The notes under the pieces were generated by a model that saw nothing but the letters and a program-made list of their open reading frames with translations, did not search any database and was not told the origin of the DNA. 64,000 nt of DNA from Eubacteriales bacterium (GTDB taxonomy: Bacteria > Bacillota > Clostridia > Oscillospirales > CAG-382): NCBI GenBank assembly GCA_045541355.1, contig JAZQIW010000046.1, forward strand, positions 3,733 through 67,732, read 5' to 3'. This document shows, piece by piece, positions 22,501 to 30,287 of this stretch (position 1 is its first letter; the number at the start of each line of letters is the position of its first letter). The position numbers and the translations under genes are program-made.

Positions 22501-23176
22501 AGGTGCAAAGACAATAAATCTTCCTGCAAAGCTTACCGTTTCACGTCTTAAAACGGGACTTCTTGATGAAGAAAACCTTGTTGTGCAAAAGAAGAAAGAG
22601 ACAGAGGAAAAGGCGGTTGTTCCGAGGTTTATACAGGGAGAATCGGAAGCTGACGGCGCCGAAAAAGGAACGGCTATGCATATGTTTATGCAGTTCTGCG
22701 ACTTTGAGGGCTGTGAGAAAGAGGGCTGTGAAAGGTGGGCAGACAGGCTTTGTGAGCTTGGCTTTATAGACTCGCGTCAGAGAGAGCTGCTTGATATAAA
22801 CAGACTTTCCGGCTTTTTCAAATCCGAGTTCTATACAAGGATAAAGAACAGTAAGAATATTTACCGCGAGAGAAGATTCAATCTTGAGGTAGATGTTTTC
22901 AAAAATGAGGATAACGACCTTGAAAAAATCAGCGGTATGGGAATACTTGTTCAAGGGGTTATAGACCTTTTCTTTGAGAATGATGACGGAACGTATACCC
23001 TTGTTGATTTCAAGACCGACAGGGTGTTCGGAGAGGGCGCAGAGCAGATACTTATAGACAGACATAAGGAACAGCTTACGTACTATAAGAGGGCACTTGA
23101 GGAAATGACGGGAAAGAAGGTAAGGGATACATATATATATTCCTTCTCGCTCATGAAAGAAATATCGGTATATTGA
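19529..23176 (+). CDS. addA: AddA-like UvrD-family helicase fused to a PD-(D/E)XK nuclease
   Basis: TTG start after AAAAGAGG. Walker A AGAGSGKT, IDEYQD, and the C-terminal nuclease motif GVIDLFFENDDGTYTLVDFKTD; 1215 aa. No addB is adjacent. Confidence 0.8.
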   Translation: MNYTKAQENAIGLRDCSLLVSAGAGSGKTAVLTERILERICDKNDDCSITDFLIVTFTNAAAKELSDRIRKKLSARGSEDPTNKKIVKNLALLPLAKISTINAFCYELVRNNFQKLNLSANLRIADEAEMGVIREKLMNETIDDAFETRGDSKSFLAAYEIFSSAKNDKGFVTALLDVDAKLRSLADREGFVGTLLENYSEIQQKDEFFDTFLGALLEKRTRKDTLSLCETFEKLCEVCRRDEVLAVKYLPAVENELDFAKSVLQALDKGYESTRKAFAAYSPVKLGTVKNFEDEALKELVKEIKNNKSKKFRQDYTALYACDMTLLKKAAADTRLVLEEIVRLLTEFDARLCEKKRESGMIEFSDAEKYTLELLVESTQPFKVTELAKKLREQFLEIYIDEYQDVNPMQDMIFKALSRHNDSQEEYSRFMVGDIKQSIYRFRGASPDIFMNYRDSFGDADGDSVTKRIFMNDNFRCSQSVIELTNFLFRRLMGEYYLKEDELKHSRIEKNKVTQKAQLCTYTYDKELAEGLSAEELEAGIIGTKIKKFVNNPEYTDSDGKMYKYSDVAVLCRSKTALRVYEKVLSECGIPVMSDVGESFYGKKEILLCLCILNSIDNPERDIYLAGYMRSFAGGFSDDELALIKKDYRRLSLYRSVVKYSQEKTQDNAELSKKCSDFVEKLRAYREFSRGKSVEKLVWKIYGELDLLGICTSENFGLSGQSAKKNLLKLYEMARSFSKTSFRGVGAFVDYINGSMEKTDIKAERVLSGECVSLMTIHASKGLEFPICFVSDLARRFNKSDETAKLVFSEKAGGAAVTLCDTEAVSVTQSSSGMLSINTPYRKLIASYLDDEGIAEEIRVLYVALTRARDILVMTSGFTKKLEGILKDARCASFALDVNDGSSFCALLMSCLCNERILACLYDKAESGFVPTEDNVSEYLCFELCECEQAVEGFKELYCGTQSKKEETKTEGVADERELDSLRSIGQFEYAGAKTINLPAKLTVSRLKTGLLDEENLVVQKKKETEEKAVVPRFIQGESEADGAEKGTAMHMFMQFCDFEGCEKEGCERWADRLCELGFIDSRQRELLDINRLSGFFKSEFYTRIKNSKNIYRERRFNLEVDVFKNEDNDLEKISGMGILVQGVIDLFFENDDGTYTLVDFKTDRVFGEGAEQILIDRHKEQLTYYKRALEEMTGKKVRDTYIYSFSLMKEISVY

Positions 23177-23231
23177 CAGAAATAATGAAAAATGCCCCCG
23201 CAATGCGGAGGTAAAACAGCTTTAAAGAATG

Positions 23232-23264
23232 ACAGCCGAGGCAAAAGCCCCGGCTGTTCTTTTA
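23232..23264. terminator. hairpin terminator between convergent genes
   Basis: ACAGCCGAGGC-AAAA-GCCCCGGCTGT followed by TCTTTT. Confidence 0.7.
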
Positions 23265-23265
23265 C

Positions 23266-26200
23266 TTATTTGGTTTTGATATTTATGTTCATGCCGTCGA
23301 TGCTGTAACTGAAGCCTGTGTATTCGCAGAATGCAGAAAGCTCGATAAGAGGAAGATTGTCGTAGGAGCTGAGAGGCTTCTTGAGCTTTATCTCTTTGCC
23401 GTCGGAAAGCTTTACAATGTCGCTTCCCTCTGTCCAGTAGCTCTTTATATCATCCTTCTGAATCATAACCGTTCTTGTCTCGACATCCCATTCGTGATAT
23501 GTGCGTGTGAGAGCGCAGAAGTCGCGAAGCGGCTCAAAGGGTACGTAAGCCTCGCCGTTTTCCACGGTGGACTTGAAGTGACAGCTGTATCTTACGCCGT
23601 CAATATATGTAGTATAAACCTCTTTGTCGCCTGCAAGGAAGAGGATTTCTTCAACCTCGAATTTGCCTATGTTGTTGCAGGGGTCAAAACGGAACGCCTT
23701 GATTTTTCCACGCCAGTTTTGGTCCATAGAGGGAATCATAACGGCATAGCCGTTGTCGTAATCCATCGGGTTAAGCTGCTTGTTGAAATGCCATTCGCCG
23801 TCAGTGTCGGTAATGTAGTGGCAGACGAGTGTTGCTGAGTTGACGGATGCGTTTGCAAAGTCTCCGCTGCCGTTTGAGCCGCGCATTTTGAACTTGATGA
23901 CGGCAACATCATCGGCATTGATATCAACCTCAGTTATAAGCTTTGGATCATCACCTGTGGATTCGCCGTAAAGCTTTCCGTCACGAAGCTCTACTAAGCC
24001 TTCACCGTCAAAATTCCATTTATCAATTTTTTCCTTTGTATCAAAGTCAATTTTCAGAACAACCTCGCCGTTGTCATTGTAAATCTTTTCTTTCTGAGGT
24101 GTCTGAATAATTGCGCGTGGTCTCGGATAGAGATAGCCGAGTCTGTCAAGACCGTCACCCGAGGGTCTGTCGGATTCAAAGTCATCGCCCTCTACCGTAA
24201 ATGCACGCCTTACCTCATTAAGGTATCCAAAGCCATTGATGTTGGAGGGACACATGATAGTACCCTCGCCGTATTCGTTCCAGGTTGCCAGCATTACGAA
24301 CTTCTTCTTCCATGTTTCTTCGTCGTTCTCGTACTTGGGAAGAACGTCGTCTCTCATCCATGTAAGCATCTGTCCAAATTCCTCCTGCGTTGTGAAGGGG
24401 GAACGGAATTCACGCCAAGCAACGTCGTTGTAGCCAACGCAGGCGGTGGGAACGACATGAAGCTTGTCTTGAGTCATCTGCGATTCGATTCTCGATTTTG
24501 TATATTCAAAGCTGTAACTCTGATGTCCCCAGTTGTAGGCATAAACTGCATCTACACCTGCTTTGTAAAGCTCATTTGAGGGCTCGCCGCAGGTCATTAC
24601 AATAAGACCTTCATAACCTATTCCCTTCAGCACCTCTTCGAGATAGTCAAGGGCAATCTTGAAGGTTTCGGGGCTTCCCATGGATGCAACGGCTTTATTT
24701 ACTCCGAATATGGAAAGAACAGCCTTGCCGTCAATTTTGTAGTAATTGGGATGAGAGAAGTAGTGGTCAACCCAGTAGGGAACAAGGTACTTCTTGAAGC
24801 CGTCAAGGTCAGGACTTGAGGCATTGGCAGCTTCCCAGATGAGGGCAAAGTTCATTTCGTCACAGTACTTTGCATTGAAGTATCCGTCATCGAGAGCACC
24901 GCAGATGTGTGTCTTGAATATGGGCGCCTTTGTCTGATTGTCAAACCAGCAGTAGAACTGAGCATTAATGCCGTGTTCCACCATCCACTTGATTTCCCAG
25001 TCGGCAACCTCTGTTAAAGGCTCGTCGTAGTAGCCGAGGAAGGTTTTGTTTTCATCAAAGGAGGAAATGGCATCCCAGCCCCAATGCTCACCGTTTCTCC
25101 AGAGGGAGCAAACGTTGATACCTGTTGTATAGCCGTTTTTCATGGTGGGTCTTACGGGAGGCTTGGGGTAGTCCTCGGGCTCAGGCTGAATAACAAAGGC
25201 ATAAACATCGGTAAATCTCATGTAGCCGTCATGCTCGGGGGCGTAGGTTATGGAAATACCGTCAAAGAAATTGCAGTCCTTTTCAAAAGCAATCTCGCCG
25301 CACTTTACTCCGTTGTGCTTGATAAGAGCCTTGTGAGTTGCAGTGTCGGCTTCAATTCTCATAAACTGCCATACGTAGGGAAGATGCTCACGAAGAACTT
25401 TACCGCGTGCGGTTGCAGATTTTGTACCGTGCTCGATAACCGTAACAACATCCTCCTCGCCGTTAGTGAGAGAAAGAATGAGATTTTCGCCGTCATTTTG
25501 CTTTGTGAGATATTTAAGCTCAAAGCAAACCTTACCCTCTGCCTTTTCAAAGGGATGGTAAGCACATACCGTGGAGCCGCCCTCAGCATGAAGAGCGTAG
25601 GTGGTTTCGGGCGTACCTTCGTAATATCTTGAGGTAAAGGCATTTGCATTGCCCTCGGCAAAGATAAGCCAGTCGTCGGGCATGGAACCGTTTACGGGAT
25701 TAAGATTACGGTCGCAAACAAGATAGTTTATGTTAAGGACAACCTTGAAAACCTCAAGCTCACCGACAGCTTCTGCGTCATAACCTAACTTCAAGGAAGC
25801 AAGACTGCCTGCCGAAAGGGGAAGGAACGCACAGTCCTTGCCGCCAAGAGAGAGAAATGCCTGTTTTTCGTCAAGATCAAAATCTATTGTAATATACTGA
25901 AGACCGTGAAGGAAGGGCGCGGGAATAACAGTATCGCCGCAAACGAGGCTAAAGCCTTTTTGCTTTAAAACAAGAGTCTCCTTATCGTTTGTGTCATAGA
26001 AGGAAAGAGTAAAGCCGTCGCCGCTTCTGAGTGCCATTGTGAGGGCAAAGCTTGCCTTTCCGCCTCTTAAGGGAAGAAATCTTCTTCTCATGGAAACGGG
26101 ACCTTCGTGCTCCTTATCCGTGGAGATAACAAAGCTTCTGCCAAACTGGTGAACGGCGGGGTTTATTGCGCCTCTCGAGTCATAGTCCCAACCCGATGGA

Positions 26201-26277
26201 ACGGGATGATAATGCGTTCTTACCATGTCGTCATCAATGAGGTAAACCGCATTTTTTGTGGTGCGTGTATCTATCAT
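23266..26277 (-). CDS. 1003-aa multidomain protein with a central GH99-like/WbsX-family domain
   Basis: The central region is paralogous to the ORF at 53337-54446: HGINAQFYCWFD vs HGVNVFIYDWYWFD, FSHPNYYKIDGKAV vs FSHPSYYKIDGKPV, and TWNEYGEGT vs SWNEWTETS. No signal peptide. The N- and C-terminal domains are unassigned. Confidence 0.55.
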   Translation of the reverse strand: MIDTRTTKNAVYLIDDDMVRTHYHPVPSGWDYDSRGAINPAVHQFGRSFVISTDKEHEGPVSMRRRFLPLRGGKASFALTMALRSGDGFTLSFYDTNDKETLVLKQKGFSLVCGDTVIPAPFLHGLQYITIDFDLDEKQAFLSLGGKDCAFLPLSAGSLASLKLGYDAEAVGELEVFKVVLNINYLVCDRNLNPVNGSMPDDWLIFAEGNANAFTSRYYEGTPETTYALHAEGGSTVCAYHPFEKAEGKVCFELKYLTKQNDGENLILSLTNGEEDVVTVIEHGTKSATARGKVLREHLPYVWQFMRIEADTATHKALIKHNGVKCGEIAFEKDCNFFDGISITYAPEHDGYMRFTDVYAFVIQPEPEDYPKPPVRPTMKNGYTTGINVCSLWRNGEHWGWDAISSFDENKTFLGYYDEPLTEVADWEIKWMVEHGINAQFYCWFDNQTKAPIFKTHICGALDDGYFNAKYCDEMNFALIWEAANASSPDLDGFKKYLVPYWVDHYFSHPNYYKIDGKAVLSIFGVNKAVASMGSPETFKIALDYLEEVLKGIGYEGLIVMTCGEPSNELYKAGVDAVYAYNWGHQSYSFEYTKSRIESQMTQDKLHVVPTACVGYNDVAWREFRSPFTTQEEFGQMLTWMRDDVLPKYENDEETWKKKFVMLATWNEYGEGTIMCPSNINGFGYLNEVRRAFTVEGDDFESDRPSGDGLDRLGYLYPRPRAIIQTPQKEKIYNDNGEVVLKIDFDTKEKIDKWNFDGEGLVELRDGKLYGESTGDDPKLITEVDINADDVAVIKFKMRGSNGSGDFANASVNSATLVCHYITDTDGEWHFNKQLNPMDYDNGYAVMIPSMDQNWRGKIKAFRFDPCNNIGKFEVEEILFLAGDKEVYTTYIDGVRYSCHFKSTVENGEAYVPFEPLRDFCALTRTYHEWDVETRTVMIQKDDIKSYWTEGSDIVKLSDGKEIKLKKPLSSYDNLPLIELSAFCEYTGFSYSIDGMNINIKTK

Positions 26278-26452
26278 TTTACACAGCTCCTTTCGCCTTG
26301 AAATTGAGTGTTATTCTCTAAAACTCAACCAAATTATAAAATAATTGCCTTTAAATTGCAACCCTATTTTGTCTTTTTTGTCATTTTTTATAATACATTT
26401 TGTATATCTGCGACAAAACACAATAGCACAATTCTGTACATTTAAACGAAAA

Positions 26453-26464
26453 GAACGTTTGTTC
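26453..26464. promoter_or_regulatory. LexA (Cheo/DinR) box 1: GAACGTTTGTTC
   Basis: Perfect GAAC-N4-GTTC core, 11 nt upstream of the -35 hexamer. Confidence 0.7.
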
Positions 26465-26475
26465 TAATTTTTTCA

Positions 26476-26504
26476 TTGACTATTTGGCAAAAATGTGGTA
26501 TAAT
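26476..26504 (+). promoter_or_regulatory. sigma-A promoter (TTGACT-17-TATAAT, TG-extended)
   Basis: TTGACT at 26476-26481 and TATAAT at 26499-26504, with TGTGG just upstream. Confidence 0.7.
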
Positions 26505-26518
26505 ACAATCACGATATC

Positions 26519-26530
26519 GAACACGTGTTC
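26519..26530. promoter_or_regulatory. LexA box 2: (C)GAACACGTGTTC(T)
   Basis: Perfect GAAC-N4-GTTC palindrome 15 nt downstream of the -10, over the expected transcription start region. Confidence 0.75.
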
Positions 26531-26566
26531 TTTCGGCTCAGCCGATATATTTTTTATCGCAAAATA

Positions 26567-26578
26567 GAACGGATGTTC
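26567..26578. promoter_or_regulatory. LexA box 3: GAACGGATGTTC
   Basis: Perfect GAAC-N4-GTTC core in the leader, 12 nt upstream of the AAGGAGG ribosome-binding site. Confidence 0.65.
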
Positions 26579-26603
26579 TAAAAAGCATTAAAGGAGGACG
26601 TCA

Positions 26604-26795
26604 ATGGAAAAAGACAAAAATGAGTATTTTGAAGCTGTCCATCATTACACGGTCTGTGCCCAGTGCGGATATAGATTTGTAAGCGGCGATGAGGCACTGG
26701 TTGTAAAGCAGACGGGGGATATGATACATAGAGACTGCTATATGGACTATAACGAGGATAACATGAATGAGCTGTGTGAGAGCATTGAGTATTGA
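26604..26795 (+). CDS. 63-aa Cys/His-containing protein of unknown function (first gene of the cluster)
   Basis: AAGGAGG lies 6 nt upstream of the ATG. CAQCG...HRDC spacing suggests a small zinc-binding fold. Confidence 0.5.
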   Translation: MEKDKNEYFEAVHHYTVCAQCGYRFVSGDEALVVKQTGDMIHRDCYMDYNEDNMNELCESIEY

Positions 26796-26811
26796 AGGAG
26801 GGAGCTTTAGG

Positions 26812-27204
26812 TTGGCGGCAAGGAAAAAGGAGAGGTATCTTGACCTTGAGGAAAGGATAAATGACTATTTTAAATACTGTGACAGCATCAATGAGGAGCA
26901 TGGGGAGATAGTAAAGCCCTACACTCTTTCGGGGCTTGTGTGTCACCTTGGATTTACGAGGGAGGAATTTGAAAAGCTTTCAAGGATTAAGAGAAACGAG
27001 AGAATTGTGCTTCGTGCCAAGGCAAAAATTGAAGCGTTTATTGAGGAGAATGCACTTACGGGAGAGCTTTCGGTAAACGCTTCGGCAAACAGCTTGAAAT
27101 TTAATTTCGGTTGGGGGGATAAGGGCGAGGCTAAGCCTTCTGAGACGGCTGAAAAGAATATTGTTGTGAGCCTTTCGGAACAGGCAGCCGAGCTTGCAAG
27201 ATAA
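26812..27204 (+). CDS. terminase small subunit (putative)
   Basis: TTG at 26812 lies 7 nt after GAAGGAGGGAG and just after the upstream stop. The sequence INDYFKYCDSINEE...KPYTLSGLVCHLGFTREEF is typical of phage small terminases, and the gene sits directly before TerL. Confidence 0.65.
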   Translation: MAARKKERYLDLEERINDYFKYCDSINEEHGEIVKPYTLSGLVCHLGFTREEFEKLSRIKRNERIVLRAKAKIEAFIEENALTGELSVNASANSLKFNFGWGDKGEAKPSETAEKNIVVSLSEQAAELAR

Positions 27205-27209
27205 GAATT

Positions 27210-28526
27210 ATGAAGAAAAGCAGCCTCTGTAAGCAGCTTGTTCTTTCGGGTGAGCCACAGGAAAAGCAACGACGTTTTTTTCTTGCCGATACAAAGTATG
27301 TTGCCTACGGCGGTGCAAGAGGCGGAGGCAAAAGCTGGGCACTCAGACGAAAGCTTGTGCTGCTTGCACTCAATTACACCGGCATTAATCTTTTGCTTAT
27401 AAGGCGCACCCTTCCCGAGCTTCGTGAAAATCACATAAGACCGCTACTGTCCGAGCTTTCCGAATTTTGCAGCTATTCCGAAATGAAAAAATGCTTTGTG
27501 TTTCCCAACGGCAGCAGACTGAGACTCGGTTATCTCGACAGCGACGGTGACCTTTTGCAGTATCAGGGACAGGAATATGACATTATAGCAATTGATGAGG
27601 CGACACAGCTGAGTGAATACCAATTTCAGACGCTTAAAGCCTGTCTCAGAGGTGCCAATTCCTTCCCTAAACGAATGTACATTACCTGCAACCCCGGCGG
27701 TGTCGGTCATGCATGGGTAAAGCGGTTGTTTATTGACAGAGAGTTTCGCGAGGGTGAGCATCCTGAGGATTACACCTTTATTCAGGCACTTGTCTACGAT
27801 AATGAAGTCCTGCTTCGCCAAAATCCCGATTATCTTGAGCAGTTAAAGAGCCTTCCCGAGTCACTTAAGGGCGCATGGCTGTGCGGAATGTGGGACGAAT
27901 TTGAAGGACAGTTCTTTAATGAATTTGATTATTCGGTGCATACCGTTTCGGATTATGATATACCCGAAGGGTCGCTCAGATATTGTGCAATAGACTACGG
28001 TCTTGATATGCTTGCGGCGGTGTTTGTGGCGGTAACGCCCGAGGGAAGATGCGTTGTGTATGATGAAATACATAAGGAAAACTTGATTGTCAGCCAAGCA
28101 TCGGGGCTCATAAGGCAGAAGGCTTTTGGGGTAAGCATGTATATTGCGCCGTCTGATTTGTGGTCAAGACAGAAGGACAGCGGTAAGAGTATAGCAGAGC
28201 TTTTCGGTGAAAACGGTGTGTATCTGACAAAGCTTAAAAGCGACAGAATCGGCGGCTGGATGTGCTTAAAGGAATTTTTGAAGGTAGAGGATGGCAGGTC
28301 AAGGCTGATAATAAAGAGATGCTGTGTAAATCTCATTCGATGTATGCCGCTGCTTTTGCATGACAGGCACAGAATAGGGGATGCTGCCACAAAGCCGCAT
28401 AATATAACCCATGCGCCGGATGCGCTGAGATATTTTGCCGTTTCACGCTACGGTGATTTTTACGGCGAAAAGCAAAAGACAAGTACAAAAAAGCTTAAGG
28501 AAATGATAAACAGAAAAAGGAGATAA
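27210..28526 (+). CDS. terminase large subunit
   Basis: Walker A YGGARGGGKSW, Walker B YDIIAIDEATQL, and a C-terminal RNaseH-like nuclease part (CAIDYGLDM, HAPDALRY); 438 aa. Confidence 0.88.
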   Translation: MKKSSLCKQLVLSGEPQEKQRRFFLADTKYVAYGGARGGGKSWALRRKLVLLALNYTGINLLLIRRTLPELRENHIRPLLSELSEFCSYSEMKKCFVFPNGSRLRLGYLDSDGDLLQYQGQEYDIIAIDEATQLSEYQFQTLKACLRGANSFPKRMYITCNPGGVGHAWVKRLFIDREFREGEHPEDYTFIQALVYDNEVLLRQNPDYLEQLKSLPESLKGAWLCGMWDEFEGQFFNEFDYSVHTVSDYDIPEGSLRYCAIDYGLDMLAAVFVAVTPEGRCVVYDEIHKENLIVSQASGLIRQKAFGVSMYIAPSDLWSRQKDSGKSIAELFGENGVYLTKLKSDRIGGWMCLKEFLKVEDGRSRLIIKRCCVNLIRCMPLLLHDRHRIGDAATKPHNITHAPDALRYFAVSRYGDFYGEKQKTSTKKLKEMINRKRR

Positions 28527-28529
28527 CAC

Positions 28530-30287
28530 ATGAAGGGAAAAAACTACGAAAAAAACATATCCCGTTCCGGGATGTACTCATATTCGTCACGTCTTGAAAG
28601 AGAGGAAACAATTGCCTTTCTTTATGATTATGCCGCAAAGCATAAGCGTGATGTCGGGGAATACTGGAAGAAAATGAAGAGATATTACGACGGAAGGCAT
28701 GATATTTCACTTTCCACCGATGCCTTTTCGGCAAGGGAAGGTCTGCCCTTTAAGGCGGCTGAGTGCACAGACGGCTACATTCACGTCGAAACACAAATCA
28801 ATCACAATGTTCCCGATTTTGAATTCTCACCGCGAGACAGAACAGACTATGATAAAGCAAAGCAGAGAGAAAAGATAGTAAAATACGTAGTTGACAATGC
28901 CGGCCTTGAAGGTAAAAACTCCCGCAACGAAAGACGCCTTAACATATACGGCTCGGCAATCTGGAAGGTGTGCTGGGACTCGGGAATAAGAATCGGCAAG
29001 GATTTGGGAGACGTTACGGTTGAAAACCCGAGACCCGAGGAAATAATTACCGACCCTACTGCCTGTGATGTCGATTCCTGCGAATATATTGCTTATGTTT
29101 ATCCCATGCACAAGATGCGTGCAAAGAGAGTATTCGGCGCAGATATAAAGTCTGAGGGAAGTGATTTTTCGGAGTATCTCTGCGACGATATGACCAAAAA
29201 TCCTCTCGGCTACGTTTCCTCTGACAGATACGATACCGATGACGATACCGTAAATATCACCGAATGGTGGTACAGACAGCCGAGTGACGGCAGCGCCGAC
29301 ATTACAAGGCTTGTGAACGGGGAAAAGAGAGTGTACCGTTATGAGTGGAAGGCTGGAGATATTGCCCTTTCGGTGCTTATAAACGGAAAGGAAGTAAGGT
29401 ACATACCAAAGTATTGGAAGAACACAGACTGCCGCAGCTTTCCCTTTGTTGTTTACAGCAAGATACCCAACGAAAAAAGCATCTGGGGTAAGAGTGAGCT
29501 TGAAATGCTGATTCCCCTTATTGACGCCAAGGACAGAGAGCTTTGCTTTGCACAGCTCAACGGGGCGTATTCTTCAAACGATATAATTGTCATGGAGGAA
29601 AATGCTCTTTCCGACGGTGAAAGCCTTGATAATTCTCCCGGTGCCGTCTGGAAGCTGAGACCGGGAATGATGGGCAAGGTCTCAAGACTTGGAAATCTTT
29701 CGTCAGCATCTGCCGCTTTATATGAAGGCTCTTCCTTCTGGCAGAGCATGATTGAAAGCACAACAGGCATCTTTGAAGTAAATCAGGGAAAAGAACCCAC
29801 AAACGTTACAACTGCCACGGGTATTGCGCTTCTTAACGAAAGAGCCGAGAACCGAAAGAGCATTAAGAATATTGACAGAAATGCGGGCTTTAAGCGTCTT
29901 TATATGCTTATAGACTATACCTGTCTTGAGAATTACAACGACGGCAGAATAATAAGAATGGGACTTGAGGAGGGCGAAGATGTTGTATACAGCTTCGGAG
30001 GCTTTATGAGAAAGTCGAGACAGGGCTCATACATACCCGAGCTTGATGTTACAATTCACACAGGCTCTGCCATTACAAACTCAAAGGCATTTACCGTTTC
30101 TGCCCTTACGTCGCTTATCGGTACCGATATAAACGAGACGAATTACAGACTTGTAAAGGCATATGTTGAGGCAATCGGAATACCCGAAAGGTCGGAGATT
30201 TGCGAAAGCCTTGACAGGCAATTTGAAAAGGCAGATATTAATCAGGACAACAGCGACAGCCCGGAAGGAGAAATGAATGATGAATGA
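28530..30287 (+). CDS. portal protein (putative)
   Basis: 585 aa, immediately downstream of TerL and upstream of the scaffold-like gene. The call rests on position and size; I could not verify a diagnostic motif by eye. Confidence 0.6.
   Translation: MKGKNYEKNISRSGMYSYSSRLEREETIAFLYDYAAKHKRDVGEYWKKMKRYYDGRHDISLSTDAFSAREGLPFKAAECTDGYIHVETQINHNVPDFEFSPRDRTDYDKAKQREKIVKYVVDNAGLEGKNSRNERRLNIYGSAIWKVCWDSGIRIGKDLGDVTVENPRPEEIITDPTACDVDSCEYIAYVYPMHKMRAKRVFGADIKSEGSDFSEYLCDDMTKNPLGYVSSDRYDTDDDTVNITEWWYRQPSDGSADITRLVNGEKRVYRYEWKAGDIALSVLINGKEVRYIPKYWKNTDCRSFPFVVYSKIPNEKSIWGKSELEMLIPLIDAKDRELCFAQLNGAYSSNDIIVMEENALSDGESLDNSPGAVWKLRPGMMGKVSRLGNLSSASAALYEGSSFWQSMIESTTGIFEVNQGKEPTNVTTATGIALLNERAENRKSIKNIDRNAGFKRLYMLIDYTCLENYNDGRIIRMGLEEGEDVVYSFGGFMRKSRQGSYIPELDVTIHTGSAITNSKAFTVSALTSLIGTDINETNYRLVKAYVEAIGIPERSEICESLDRQFEKADINQDNSDSPEGEMNDE

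Noticed and set aside
22541-23203. 220-aa minus-strand ORF at the 3' end of the AddA-like gene
   Set aside because: It is antisense to the conserved nuclease domain and has low-complexity composition.
26278-26451. Search for att sites, an integrase remnant or a tRNA at the left edge of the phage-like cluster (and at 35624-35640 on the right)
   Set aside because: By eye I found no direct repeats shared by the two edges, no tRNA-like sequence and no recombinase-like ORF. The cluster is therefore not called an integrated prophage with defined ends.
26476-26682. 68-aa ORF starting inside the cluster promoter
   Set aside because: It begins within the -35 hexamer and reads across all the regulatory boxes. 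It has no ribosome-binding site. The 26604 ORF has AAGGAGG at ideal spacing.
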